Shown: in pieces, positions 45,570 to 54,812 of the stretch
Numbering within the stretch: the stretch's first letter is position 1
Layout of the letters: the number at the start of each line of letters is the position of its first letter
Origin: an uncultured Porphyrobacter sp.
GTDB taxonomy: Bacteria > Pseudomonadota > Alphaproteobacteria > Sphingomonadales > Sphingomonadaceae
DNA length: 64,000 nt
Direction: 5' to 3'
NCBI GenBank assembly: GCA_964443505.1
Contig: CAYUCZ010000004.1
Location: forward strand, 15,802-79,801
Position numbers and translations under genes: made by a program
Notes under the pieces: model-generated
Told to the model about the DNA's origin: nothing
Databases searched by the model: none
Seen by the model: the letters and a program-made list of their open reading frames with translations, nothing else

Positions 45570-48500
45570 GCTGGCTCTCCATGTGGCAAGGCCGGACCAG
45601 CTGAGGCGACCTCGTCATTCCCGATCCCGAACAAGATCGCATAGAACACCGGCACAACCGCCAAAGTGAGTACCGTTGCAAAGCTGAGTCCAAAGACGAG
45701 CGTGACCGCCATCGATTGGAAGAATGCATCCGTGAAGAGCGGGATGAGGCCCAGAATGGTCGTGCCAGAACTCAGCAGAACCGGGCTGAAGCGGCTCGCG
45801 GAACTGTCGACCAGCGCATCAAATCGCGGCTTTCCTTCGTCGATCTGAAGGTCAATCTCGTCGACGAGGACAATGGCGTTTTTGATCAGCAATCCGGCAA
45901 GCGAAAGGAAGCCCAAAATCGCCATGAACTCGAAGGGGACACCCATTACCAATAGCCCCACCGTGACGCCGACCAGAGCAAATGGGACGGTCATCCAGAT
46001 CACCAACGGCTGGCGCAGCGCATTGAACAGCAGGATCACGACCAGCACCATCGCGCCGAAGCTGTAGGGGATGATACTCGCCAGGTTTTCATTGGCTTCG
46101 TTGCTGTCTCCCAGTTCGCCGTTCCATTCGAAGGAATATCCTGGCGGCAATTCGATTGCCTCAATCTCGTCTTCGACTGCGCTTTGCAGATCGCCGGCGA
46201 CCACCCCGGGCACTGGATCGGCCTGCGCGCTGATCGCGTAAACCTTGTCGATCTTCTTCAAGCGGCTATCGCGAAAAATTGTGTCGACATCGTCGGCCAC
46301 CTGGATCAGCGGAACCGCATCACCGGCTGAGTTGCTCACCGGCAGGCTGGCGATATCGGTTACATTGCTGCGTTCATTCGCTGGGGCGCGAAATTCGATA
46401 GGAATGAGGTCGTCACCCTCGCGGTAGGTGCCAATTTCGTAGCCACCATAGGCGCGCGCCACCGACGCACCCAGATCGGTGCGTGATACACCAGCACGCC
46501 TGCCCCGGTTGTCGGCATAGTCAATCTGAACCACCGGAACCCGTTCACGCCAGTCGTCCTTGATCATCATGGCGCCTGGCGTCGCTTTCATTATCGCCTG
46601 CGCCTGATTAGAGAGGTCTCGCAAGACCTCGGGATCAGGGCCAAGAAAGGTTGCCTCGATCTTGGAGCCGCCACCAGGGCCCATCGAGAACCGCCATGCC
46701 CGCGCAAGGGCATTGTCGACATTGGCGTCGATGTGGTCCTGGATCTCAAGTATGATCCGGTCCAGTTCGTCTGAATCTTCCACCCGCACCAACAGCTGGC
46801 CGTAGGCGCTGTTCTGGCTCTCAAAGGTGTAGATCAGCATATAACGTTGTGTGCCGCCGCCGATCACGGATTTGACGTGATTGACGCCGTCGATTGTTGC
46901 GACGAATTGCGCAAGTTCGCTCAGCCGCTCATCAGTGACCGTGATGTCGGTGCCTTCAAGGCCCCAGTAGTCCACCACTACTTGCGGTGATGTCGTGGCG
47001 GGGAAAAAGCCCGACTTCACATAGTTGAAGCCAAAGAGCGATCCGGCAAACATTGCGACCGCAACAATCACGGTGATGTAGCGAACGCGGATAAGCGCAG
47101 CGACAGCGCGTTTAAACGCCGCCATAAAACGCGAATCTTGTTCTTCCTCCGACCCGTCTCCAATCTCGTGCTTGAGCAAAAGATCACACAGGAATGGAGT
47201 AAGAGTGACCGCGAAGAGCCAGCTGAACAAGAGCGAGATCAGGATCACCCAGAACAGGTCCCCGGTGAACTCGGCCGTCGCTCCGGGGGCAAAGCCGACG
47301 ACCGAGAACGCCAGAATACCTACGACCGTGCCGCCAAGCAGGGTCCAAAGCGACTTTGAGATGACGCTTTTGGCGGCCTCGAGCAATGTCTGACCGCGTT
47401 TCATGCCGGCAATGATACCGTCCGTCACAACGATCGCATTGTCGACCAGCATGCCCAGCGCAATGATCAAGGCGCCGAGCGAAATCCGGTGCATGGGCAC
47501 GTTGGCAATGTACATGGTCGCTAGGGTTGCGGCGACAGTGATCAGCAGCACCAACCCAATGATGATGCCAGAGCGCACTCCCATGAAAATCAGCAGAGTT
47601 ATAATGACGATGATTAGCGCCGTGGCCAGATTGACCACAAAGTCGGTGATCGATGCATCGACGACCTGACCTTGGTGGTAGAATTGCTGCAATTCCATTC
47701 CCAATGGACGGCTGGCATCGAGCTCGGCCAAGCGCGCATCAATCGCTTCCCCAATCGCGACGACATTGGACCCTGCAACCGCTGCCACTCCGATCACCAG
47801 AGCAGGCTTGCCATCATAGCGCGTGACAAGGCTCGCCGGGTCTTCATAGCCGCGCGTGACGTTGGCGATGGAACCAAGCCGAGTGATGCTTCCGTTAGGG
47901 GAGGAAACCAAGAGGCTTTGGATCGCTTCTACTGAATCGACGTCACCCGTTGCGGTGACTACCAGACGCCGGTCATCAAGCTTGACGCTGCCGGTTGGGA
48001 CAATCGCATTCTGATTGGAAAGCTGTGAGAATATCGAATCGATCGATGGTCCAAGCGATGCGACCGTCTCGCTTGGGATCTCAATGTAGATGACCTCATC
48101 AAGGTCGCCAGTGATGTTGACCTTGCCGACCCCGTCAACCGCCAGCAATTCGAGCCGCAATTGCGAGGCATAGCTGTCGAGCTCCGCGTAGGAAAACGCA
48201 TCGCCTGTGAGCATATACATAATGCCAAAGACGTCGCCATATTCGTCGTAGACGAACGAAGGTCCCGCGCCTGATGGCAGGTTGCCCTGGGCGTCATTCA
48301 CCTTGTTGCGCAGCTTGGTCCAGATTTCCTGAAGCGCTGATTTGTCGGGGGCTGCGTCGAATTTGATCTCTACCTCGATTTCGGAAAACCCGTCGGAAGA
48401 GGTCGAAGTGATCTCCTCGATTTCAGACATTTCTTGCAGCGCGGTCTCGAGCGGAGTTGTGACCTCGGTCGCAACTTCTTCAGGACTGGCGCCGGGATAG

Positions 48501-48649
48501 GGGGTGAGAACTTGAGCAACCCGAATGGTGAACTCCGGATCTTCGAACCGGGGCATCTCCATATAAGCCTGGTAACCCATCGCAACCGACAGAGCGATCA
48601 CGAGCCACATAATCAGGCGGTTCTTTATGCTGAACTCTGCGATGTTCAT
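45566..48649 (-). CDS. RND efflux permease (AcrB/HAE family)
   Basis: Start moved to ATG 48649 (MNIAEFSIKNRLIMWLVIAL). 1027 aa, 12-TM RND architecture. Confidence 0.9.
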   Translation of the reverse strand: MNIAEFSIKNRLIMWLVIALSVAMGYQAYMEMPRFEDPEFTIRVAQVLTPYPGASPEEVATEVTTPLETALQEMSEIEEITSTSSDGFSEIEVEIKFDAAPDKSALQEIWTKLRNKVNDAQGNLPSGAGPSFVYDEYGDVFGIMYMLTGDAFSYAELDSYASQLRLELLAVDGVGKVNITGDLDEVIYIEIPSETVASLGPSIDSIFSQLSNQNAIVPTGSVKLDDRRLVVTATGDVDSVEAIQSLLVSSPNGSITRLGSIANVTRGYEDPASLVTRYDGKPALVIGVAAVAGSNVVAIGEAIDARLAELDASRPLGMELQQFYHQGQVVDASITDFVVNLATALIIVIITLLIFMGVRSGIIIGLVLLITVAATLATMYIANVPMHRISLGALIIALGMLVDNAIVVTDGIIAGMKRGQTLLEAAKSVISKSLWTLLGGTVVGILAFSVVGFAPGATAEFTGDLFWVILISLLFSWLFAVTLTPFLCDLLLKHEIGDGSEEEQDSRFMAAFKRAVAALIRVRYITVIVAVAMFAGSLFGFNYVKSGFFPATTSPQVVVDYWGLEGTDITVTDERLSELAQFVATIDGVNHVKSVIGGGTQRYMLIYTFESQNSAYGQLLVRVEDSDELDRIILEIQDHIDANVDNALARAWRFSMGPGGGSKIEATFLGPDPEVLRDLSNQAQAIMKATPGAMMIKDDWRERVPVVQIDYADNRGRRAGVSRTDLGASVARAYGGYEIGTYREGDDLIPIEFRAPANERSNVTDIASLPVSNSAGDAVPLIQVADDVDTIFRDSRLKKIDKVYAISAQADPVPGVVAGDLQSAVEDEIEAIELPPGYSFEWNGELGDSNEANENLASIIPYSFGAMVLVVILLFNALRQPLVIWMTVPFALVGVTVGLLVMGVPFEFMAILGFLSLAGLLIKNAIVLVDEIDLQIDEGKPRFDALVDSSASRFSPVLLSSGTTILGLIPLFTDAFFQSMAVTLVFGLSFATVLTLAVVPVFYAILFGIGNDEVASAGPALPHGEPA

Positions 48650-48680
48650 TGGTGGGTTTCCGAACGCGTACGTTCCATCA

Positions 48681-49730
48681 TCAACGCTGCCATGGCTGCA
48701 CCCGATCCCCCTCATCGAGGTAGGCTCCGCCGGAAGCGACGACTGTTTCCCCTTCGCTCAGCCCTTCGCTGACGAGCACTCTCGACCCGACGCTCGGCGC
48801 GGTCTGGATCGTGCGGCGAGAGACCGTGCGCTCAACAGGTTTCACAACCCAGACGAAGGTCTTTCCCTCATCCTCAAAGACCGCCGAGAGTGGGACGGAA
48901 AGGGCATCGCCCTCATCTCTGTCGTCGCCGAAAGGCTCAGCACTAGCCACAAGGCGCGCGGTCATGCCGTTTAGAACGAGAAGGTCAGCAGGAGGGCGGA
49001 AAGTGAACTTTGCCTCAAAGGTCTGGGTCGAGCTGTCGGCTTGCCCTGAGGCTTCTCGAAAGGTCGCAGGGATTTGCTGACCAGGTGCAGCGTCGAGCTC
49101 AACATAGGCTTCCATGGCGCGCATTCTTGGAATGTTCACGACGAAGGTGCTGGGCACATCGATCACGGCTTCGACTTGAGTGCTCTGGAGCGAGAGCACA
49201 GGGCTCTGCGCTTGGACACTTTGGAACTGCTCGACAAAGGTGCGGCCGACCGCACCAGAGAATGGGGCCCTTAAGACGGTGTCAGCAAGGTCTTTGCGCG
49301 CCGAATCCAGAGCAGCTTCTGCGACATCACGCGATGCCTGACGGCTTTCAAGGACGCTTTGCGAGATCGCATCCTCCTCGATCAGGCGCTGCGCGCGCTC
49401 ATATTCGCTTTGCGCGTTGCGAAACTCTGCCTCAGCCTGTGTGACCGCGTTTTCGAAAGTCCGTGGGTCGAGCCGGGCGATTACGTCGCCGCGCCTGTAC
49501 CTTTTGCCTTCAAGCGCGCCCCATTGGTTGATCCGGCCTGAGACTTGAAAGGCGATGTCGGTTGTTCGAACAGAGCGGATGGAAGCTGGGTAGGAGTTAC
49601 TGCGCCCGGAACTGGCCTTTTCAACCTGCTCGAGCTTTACCGAGCGCGGTTGGTTTTCCTCTAGGCCTTCTCCCTCTCCAGCACAGCTGGCAAGGGCCAC
49701 GCATAAGGCAGCAAATACGACTAATCTCAC
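48681..49730 (-). CDS. RND efflux periplasmic adaptor (membrane fusion protein) lipoprotein
   Basis: Lipobox ALASC, then lipoyl / beta-barrel / coiled-coil MFP pattern. 349 aa. Confidence 0.9.
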   Translation of the reverse strand: MRLVVFAALCVALASCAGEGEGLEENQPRSVKLEQVEKASSGRSNSYPASIRSVRTTDIAFQVSGRINQWGALEGKRYRRGDVIARLDPRTFENAVTQAEAEFRNAQSEYERAQRLIEEDAISQSVLESRQASRDVAEAALDSARKDLADTVLRAPFSGAVGRTFVEQFQSVQAQSPVLSLQSTQVEAVIDVPSTFVVNIPRMRAMEAYVELDAAPGQQIPATFREASGQADSSTQTFEAKFTFRPPADLLVLNGMTARLVASAEPFGDDRDEGDALSVPLSAVFEDEGKTFVWVVKPVERTVSRRTIQTAPSVGSRVLVSEGLSEGETVVASGGAYLDEGDRVQPWQR

Positions 49731-49984
49731 ACGCCCAACCCCTTAAACGACCGAACAGAATTGGCCTCCGTCAAGGCTGGCAAGTGATCTCAGATTGCTC
49801 GATTTGTGTCGACATAAGGGCCCGCGCATGGGGGTGTGCAATTCTGCGCATTAAGCGAGTGACGCGGCTCCTCTATCCAATCCTCAGCACGTTCCGATGC
49901 GAAGGGCGATCCTCCAACAACGTCTTGGGTCGCAGCTTTGGAGCGCTGTGCTGGATCAATCGCGACCAATGAAAAGGGGGTGGC

Positions 49985-50848
49985 ATGACATCAAATCTTA
50001 CAGCAGTCGTCACAGGATCCACCGGAGGGATTGGTGCCGCGATTGCATTGCAGCTCGTCCAAGCAGGCTGGTCGCTGATCCTCGTCAATCGGTCGCAAGA
50101 CAAAGCAAAGGTGCAACGCGAGGAACTGCTACAGGCGGTCCCGTCAGCCTCGGTCGAGTTGGTCCGAGCCGACCTTATGGATCTCGCTGATATCGCAAAG
50201 GCCTGTGCGGAAGTCGCTCGACTTTGTGACAAGGTCGATGCGCTTCATAACATCGCCGGTGTGCTCACCTCGGAGCGCAGGATCAGCCAGCAAGGCTTTG
50301 AGTCAAACTACGCTGTCAATGTCCTTGCAAACTACGCTTTCGTGGCCGGATTGCGTCCGCTTCTGCGACGTAGCCCTGGAGAAGCGCAGAGCATGGTCTT
50401 GACGATGTCCTCAAGCGCAATCGGACGGGTGAAGGCACTTGAAATAGATGAACTTCGCAACCCGCAAGAGATCGGTGGTTTGATGGGCGCCTATGCCCAT
50501 ACAAAGCTCGCTTTGACGGCAATCTCTGCCGAACTTGCACCGGACCTTGCCAATGATCGCATATTGATACGCGCGATTGATCCCGGGGCAACGCGCACTC
50601 CCATGACATCGGACAATGACGCGATGCCGTTCTTCCTGCGTTGGCTTGTGCCGCTGCTCTTTTCCGAACCGGATGCACAAGCACGCAAGATCATCCTCGC
50701 GGCCGATCCAGCCAATTTTGACCAGCGGTCCGGTATGCTCATTGCATCGGGAAAGCGACGCAAGTTGCCAAAGACGATCCAAGACGCTGGTCTAAGAGAT
50801 GACTTGCTTAAAGCGGTGGCGGCGGATTGCGCCGACTTGATAGGCTAG
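49985..50848 (+). CDS. SDR family oxidoreductase
   Basis: AVVTGSTGGIG and YAHTKLAL (Y-x3-K). 287 aa. Confidence 0.85.
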   Translation: MTSNLTAVVTGSTGGIGAAIALQLVQAGWSLILVNRSQDKAKVQREELLQAVPSASVELVRADLMDLADIAKACAEVARLCDKVDALHNIAGVLTSERRISQQGFESNYAVNVLANYAFVAGLRPLLRRSPGEAQSMVLTMSSSAIGRVKALEIDELRNPQEIGGLMGAYAHTKLALTAISAELAPDLANDRILIRAIDPGATRTPMTSDNDAMPFFLRWLVPLLFSEPDAQARKIILAADPANFDQRSGMLIASGKRRKLPKTIQDAGLRDDLLKAVAADCADLIG

Positions 50849-51762
50849 AACGCTGAGCGAGCGGGCAAAAGGTCGGCGAATTCATCCGAGTTCTGCAGAA
50901 AGCCATGCTCGCGGAAGGTTGAGATTAGCGCTTGGACCTTAGGCGTTCGATGCACATCGACATGGGTGACCAGCCAGAAATTGACGTCCCATGCAGGATT
51001 GTGCGGAAACACCTGCACCATGTCTTCCCAAACACTCGCTTTGGCGATGGGCATGAAGCCGATCCCGACACCTTCCAGTGTCGCTGTGAACTTTGCATTC
51101 ATGTCGTTGCTCATAAAGACGACATTGCTCTCATCAATGTGCTTTCTGAGCCAGACAAATGGAGGAAAGCGCTCTTCGCCAAGAACGCGCGAAACGAAGC
51201 GATGGTTGCGCAGGTCTTCGATGCTCGTCGGCATACCATAGCGCTCGATATAGCGCTTGTGCGCGTACAAGCCGGTCCGCACACTTGCGAAAGGTAGCAT
51301 GACGGTATCGTCCATCAATTCGTAAGGGCCCGTTCGCAGCGCGATGTGCGCTTCACCCACCTCTAGACGCGCGATTGATTCTGTCACCTTGTGCTCTACG
51401 CGCACGTCAGGATACGCGATCTGATACTGTCGAATCACCGGGATAACGGTAGACAGCAGCATGTTCGTAGTCGTCACAATGAGGTTGCCTAAGGGACTCT
51501 CCAACTGTCGAGTCATCCGATTTTCGAAGTCAGAAAAAGAAGCCTCAGCGGCCTCCGCCGCATCAAAGAGATTCTGGCCAAATTCGGTCGGTGTGTATCC
51601 GGAAGGATGTCGCTGAAAGAGCTTCACGCTGAGGCGTTCTTCCAAGGTGTCGATGTGACGCATAAGAGTCGCTCGGTGCAACCCAAGCTCGCTAGAAGCG
51701 CCGCTGAGCGTACCGAACTTGGCCACGTAGTAAGCGGACCTGATTTCAGTCCATTGATCCAT
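50845..51762 (-). CDS. LysR-family transcriptional regulator
   Basis: N-terminal LTTR HTH (YYVAKFGTLSGASSELGLHRATLMRHIDTLEERL). 305 aa. Its 3' end overlaps the SDR 3' end by 4 nt. Confidence 0.9.
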   Translation of the reverse strand: MDQWTEIRSAYYVAKFGTLSGASSELGLHRATLMRHIDTLEERLSVKLFQRHPSGYTPTEFGQNLFDAAEAAEASFSDFENRMTRQLESPLGNLIVTTTNMLLSTVIPVIRQYQIAYPDVRVEHKVTESIARLEVGEAHIALRTGPYELMDDTVMLPFASVRTGLYAHKRYIERYGMPTSIEDLRNHRFVSRVLGEERFPPFVWLRKHIDESNVVFMSNDMNAKFTATLEGVGIGFMPIAKASVWEDMVQVFPHNPAWDVNFWLVTHVDVHRTPKVQALISTFREHGFLQNSDEFADLLPARSAF

Positions 51763-51776
51763 TCGATCTTCTCATG

Positions 51777-51798
51777 ATTGCCAAGGCAATTGCCAATT
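51777..51798. promoter_or_regulatory. overlapping dyads ATTGCCAAGGCAAT / GGCAATTGCC upstream of lysR
   Basis: Perfect 14-bp palindrome (51777-51790) overlapping a perfect 10-bp palindrome (51785-51794), 15-36 nt upstream of the LysR ATG. Confidence 0.45.
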
Positions 51799-51854
51799 CG
51801 CAGCTTACACAGAAGCACATTCAGCACGAACGCAAATTTTCATATTGCCGGAGA

Positions 51855-51880
51855 GTCTGCTTTCACCCCCAAAAGACTCC
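51855..51880 (-). mobile_element. inverted repeat Y, right copy (degenerate)
   Basis: Reverse complement is GGAGTCTTTTGGGGGTGAAAGCAGAC. Similarity to the left copy stops after about 16 nt inward of the G-run. Confidence 0.3.
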
Positions 51881-52193
51881 ATTAGCCTACGCTGATCGCG
51901 CGACCCCATCTGGGCCGAAAAGCGCACGTCAGCTTCTCAGAATCCAACGGTCAACAACGGACGCTCCGTGAACGGCAAGAATTGGACTAACGCAGGCAAG
52001 GAGGCTCCGCACGAGGCTCCAAGGCAAGGGCCTACGGATTCGTTTGCCCCAAGAGACGGGGCGCAAAACTAGCGCCAATAGACGCCAAAGAGACGTTGGA
52101 AAGGATGCGCCTGTTACGGCCTCAACCGCGCAAAGCAGCCAGTCCCGCGGGCCTTAGCGATGCACCTGAAATGAGAGACGAGTTCGTCGGGTG

Positions 52194-52231
52194 GGTGGCG
52201 GTGGAGGCAGTCAGGTGCGAACTGGTCTCCG
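52194..52231 (+). repeat. 38-nt direct repeat X, copy B
   Basis: GGTGGCGGTGGAGGCAGTCAGGTGCGAACTGGTCTCCG. Weaker similarity continues about 30 nt downstream (GCTT.AGTC.AAC.AA.G). Confidence 0.85.
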
Positions 52232-52336
52232 TTGCTAGCAGAGCTTAGTCCAACAAGGTCTACTTGGCTTTTTCTCGCAGTCAGTGCACGCTTCGTACGA
52301 GCACCATGCCTCAATAGCCATGCAAGGAATCGGATC

Positions 52337-53572
52337 ATGATCGTGAGGGCATCTCGCAACCTAGTTGCGCTTATTTTTGTGCTTTTCCCGTCGTCAGCAA
52401 TGGCCCTGCCACCTGGCCAAGGCCGTGACATGGTCGAGACGATTTGCAGCTCGTGCCACGGAACGCGCGTGATCGAACGCAGCTCGGGATATTCACGCGA
52501 AGATTGGCGTGCGCTGGTCGCCACCATGATCGATTTGTCTGGCGACCCCAAGCTTGAAAGCGAAACTCTAGACTACCTCGCCAGTGCTTTTCCACCGAGC
52601 GACAATCGCGCATCAACGCCAGTGTCTGGGTCCATCGAGATTCAATTCGAGGAATGGCTGGTTCCGACGCTCGGACAGCGGTCTCGCGATCCTGTGGAAG
52701 CACCAAACGGGAAAATCTGGTGGGTTGGTCAGTGGCTTGATGTGCTCGGACGGCTGGATCCGGAGACAGGCAAAATGGACGAATTCCGGCTGCCTGCTGG
52801 TGCGAAACCACACTCGGTCACGATCGGACCCAACGGGATGGCTTGGTATACCGGTAATCGCAACGCAACGATCGGTCGGTTCGATCCATCGACCGAAGCC
52901 ATAACCGAATTTGCAATGCCGGATCCCGAGGCGCTTGACCCTCACACGGCAGAATTTGATGCGAACGGGCAGCTGTGGTTCAGCTTGCAACGAAGTAATA
53001 TGATCGGGAAGTTGGATCCGGACTCCGGAGTTATAGCACTCGTGCGCAGCCCGCGTGAACGATCACGCCCTTACGGTGTGAAAATTGCCGCAGATGGCAC
53101 GATATGGGTTGCCTGCAATGGCGCCAATTGTCTGCTCAAAGTTGATCCAGAAACGATGGCAGTCAACGAAGTACGATTGCCTAGAGAAGCCACAACTGTG
53201 CGAAGGCTGGACATCGACGCCGAAGGCAACATCTGGTGGGTGAATTCGGCACTGGGAGGTTTGGGACGTCTTGATCCCGCAAGCGGTGAGATTACCGAAT
53301 GGCCCTCACCCAGTGGGCCCAGTTCTCACCCTTACGCGATCGCGATTTTTGACGGGGCCGTTTGGTACAATGAAAGCGGCGTGCGGCCAGACATGCTCGT
53401 TCGCTTCGATCCGCAAACCGAGAGTTTTCAGAGTTGGCCAATACCCTCGAGCACGTTCTATGCTGGCATTCTACGCCATATGCGAACCAGCCTGGATGGG
53501 CGGTCGCTCCTGATCCACCAGAGCGGCACTAATCACATCGCACGTGTTACGGTGGTCCAGGACGAAGACTAG
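52337..53572 (+). CDS. exported cytochrome c domain fused to a Vgb-like (streptogramin-lyase-type) beta-propeller
   Basis: ATG 52337 follows AAGGA. Signal peptide ...SSAMA. Heme motif CSSCHG. Six repeats of the G/D-x-x-G-x-x-W type (APNGKIWWVGQ, GPNGMAWYTGN, DANGQLWFSLQ, AADGTIWVACN, DAEGNIWWVNS, FDGAVWYNES). Confidence 0.7.
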   Translation: MIVRASRNLVALIFVLFPSSAMALPPGQGRDMVETICSSCHGTRVIERSSGYSREDWRALVATMIDLSGDPKLESETLDYLASAFPPSDNRASTPVSGSIEIQFEEWLVPTLGQRSRDPVEAPNGKIWWVGQWLDVLGRLDPETGKMDEFRLPAGAKPHSVTIGPNGMAWYTGNRNATIGRFDPSTEAITEFAMPDPEALDPHTAEFDANGQLWFSLQRSNMIGKLDPDSGVIALVRSPRERSRPYGVKIAADGTIWVACNGANCLLKVDPETMAVNEVRLPREATTVRRLDIDAEGNIWWVNSALGGLGRLDPASGEITEWPSPSGPSSHPYAIAIFDGAVWYNESGVRPDMLVRFDPQTESFQSWPIPSSTFYAGILRHMRTSLDGRSLLIHQSGTNHIARVTVVQDED

Positions 53573-53764
53573 CGCCAAACCGGCGCCGTTGCGGCCCCAC
53601 TTTGGATCAATCGCAGTCCTCGACAAGCTCTCGCCTGACAGCCTGTTCAAACCAATCCTGTTCCTTCGACAAATTGTCGTTCGCACAGGGCATTTTTTGA
53701 GTGAAACCGATGCCAGGTTCGCTGCCCATGACCAGATGCATTCGCAGATACCGCATCGCAGCAA

Positions 53765-54796
53765 CTACCTTTGTACACGGCCAGAGCCGTCACCGCTCAT
53801 CAGCTTTTCGACCTCAGGAACGGTCACACGATTAAAGTCGCCCATAATCGTGTGTTTGAGCGCTGAGGCGGCTACTGCGAACTCAAGACTCTGCTGCCGG
53901 TCCCTATAAGCGTTAAGACCATAGATCAGCGCTGAGGCGAAGCTATCGCCGCCGCCAACACGGTCCACTATGTCAGTGAGCTCATATTTGCGGCTGAGCA
54001 TAAACCCATCATCGCGGGTTCGAAGGCATGCGGACCAGTTATTGCGATCCGCGCTAAGGCTCTCGCGCAGAGTGATGGCGATGGTGTGCATCTCGGGATA
54101 AATGTCGAGCACCTTCTGCCCAAGAGCTTCATACTTCGCGGTGTCGAGTTCGCCGCTTTCCACGTCGACGTCTACCGATATATCGAGCGACTTCTGGCAG
54201 TCTTCCTCGTTGGCGATGCCTACATCGACATATTTAACAAGCTCGCGCATCACTTCAGGCGCGCTCTTGCCGTACTTCCAGAGTTTGCCTCGGAAGTTGA
54301 AGTCACAAGAAACCGTTACACCAGCTTCCTTGGCGGCTTTGACGCATGCCATGGAAAGGTCTGCGGCCGATTGGCTGAGCGCTGGCGTGATCCCAGTGAT
54401 ATGCAGCCATTTGGCGCCTTTGAAGATCGTCGGCCAATCAAACTCATCAAGACCTGCATTGCAGATCGAAGAGTTGGCGCGATCATAGACGACTTTAGAG
54501 GGGCGCTGGTTTGAACCTGTTTCCAGAAAGTAGATACCAACGCGGTCGCCAGAACGGCTGACGTGGGCAGTATCAACGCCGAACTTGCGCAGTTCCATGA
54601 TGGCGTTCTCGCCAATGTCGTTGTCAGGCAATGCGCTGACGAAGCCGGCGTCCAATCCGTAGTTGGACAGAGCAACGGCTACATTGGCTTCGCCGCCGCC
54701 AAAGGTGGCTTCAAATTCAGGCGATTGGAAAAAACGCTGATGGCCCGGCGTCTTAAGCCGGAGCATGATTTCACCGAAGGAGAGAAATTCAGCCAT
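53765..54796 (-). CDS. kdgK: 2-dehydro-3-deoxygluconokinase (PfkB family)
   Basis: Start moved to [14 protein letters not shown] (ATG 54796). PfkB signature [13 protein letters not shown]. Sits next to eda in a uronate locus. Confidence 0.8.
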   Translation of the reverse strand: MAEFLSFGEIMLRLKTPGHQRFFQSPEFEATFGGGEANVAVALSNYGLDAGFVSALPDNDIGENAIMELRKFGVDTAHVSRSGDRVGIYFLETGSNQRPSKVVYDRANSSICNAGLDEFDWPTIFKGAKWLHITGITPALSQSAADLSMACVKAAKEAGVTVSCDFNFRGKLWKYGKSAPEVMRELVKYVDVGIANEEDCQKSLDISVDVDVESGELDTAKYEALGQKVLDIYPEMHTIAITLRESLSADRNNWSACLRTRDDGFMLSRKYELTDIVDRVGGGDSFASALIYGLNAYRDRQQSLEFAVAASALKHTIMGDFNRVTVPEVEKLMSGDGSGRVQR

Positions 54797-54812
54797 GGGG
54801 AGGAGCTTTCGT

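Noticed and set aside
51856-52231. Two-piece (permuted) tmRNA gene on the minus strand: acceptor-like end at 52231-52194 and GGGGGUG, which could pair with UGCCUCC including a G3-U70 pair, at 51870-51864
   Set aside because: The spacing is about 320 nt, far more than I would expect for the intervening segment of a permuted tmRNA gene. Only about 95 nt remain before the LysR start codon, there is no UUCGAC-type D-region and no plausible tag ORF. The GGGGG element is better explained as a transposon-type inverted repeat.
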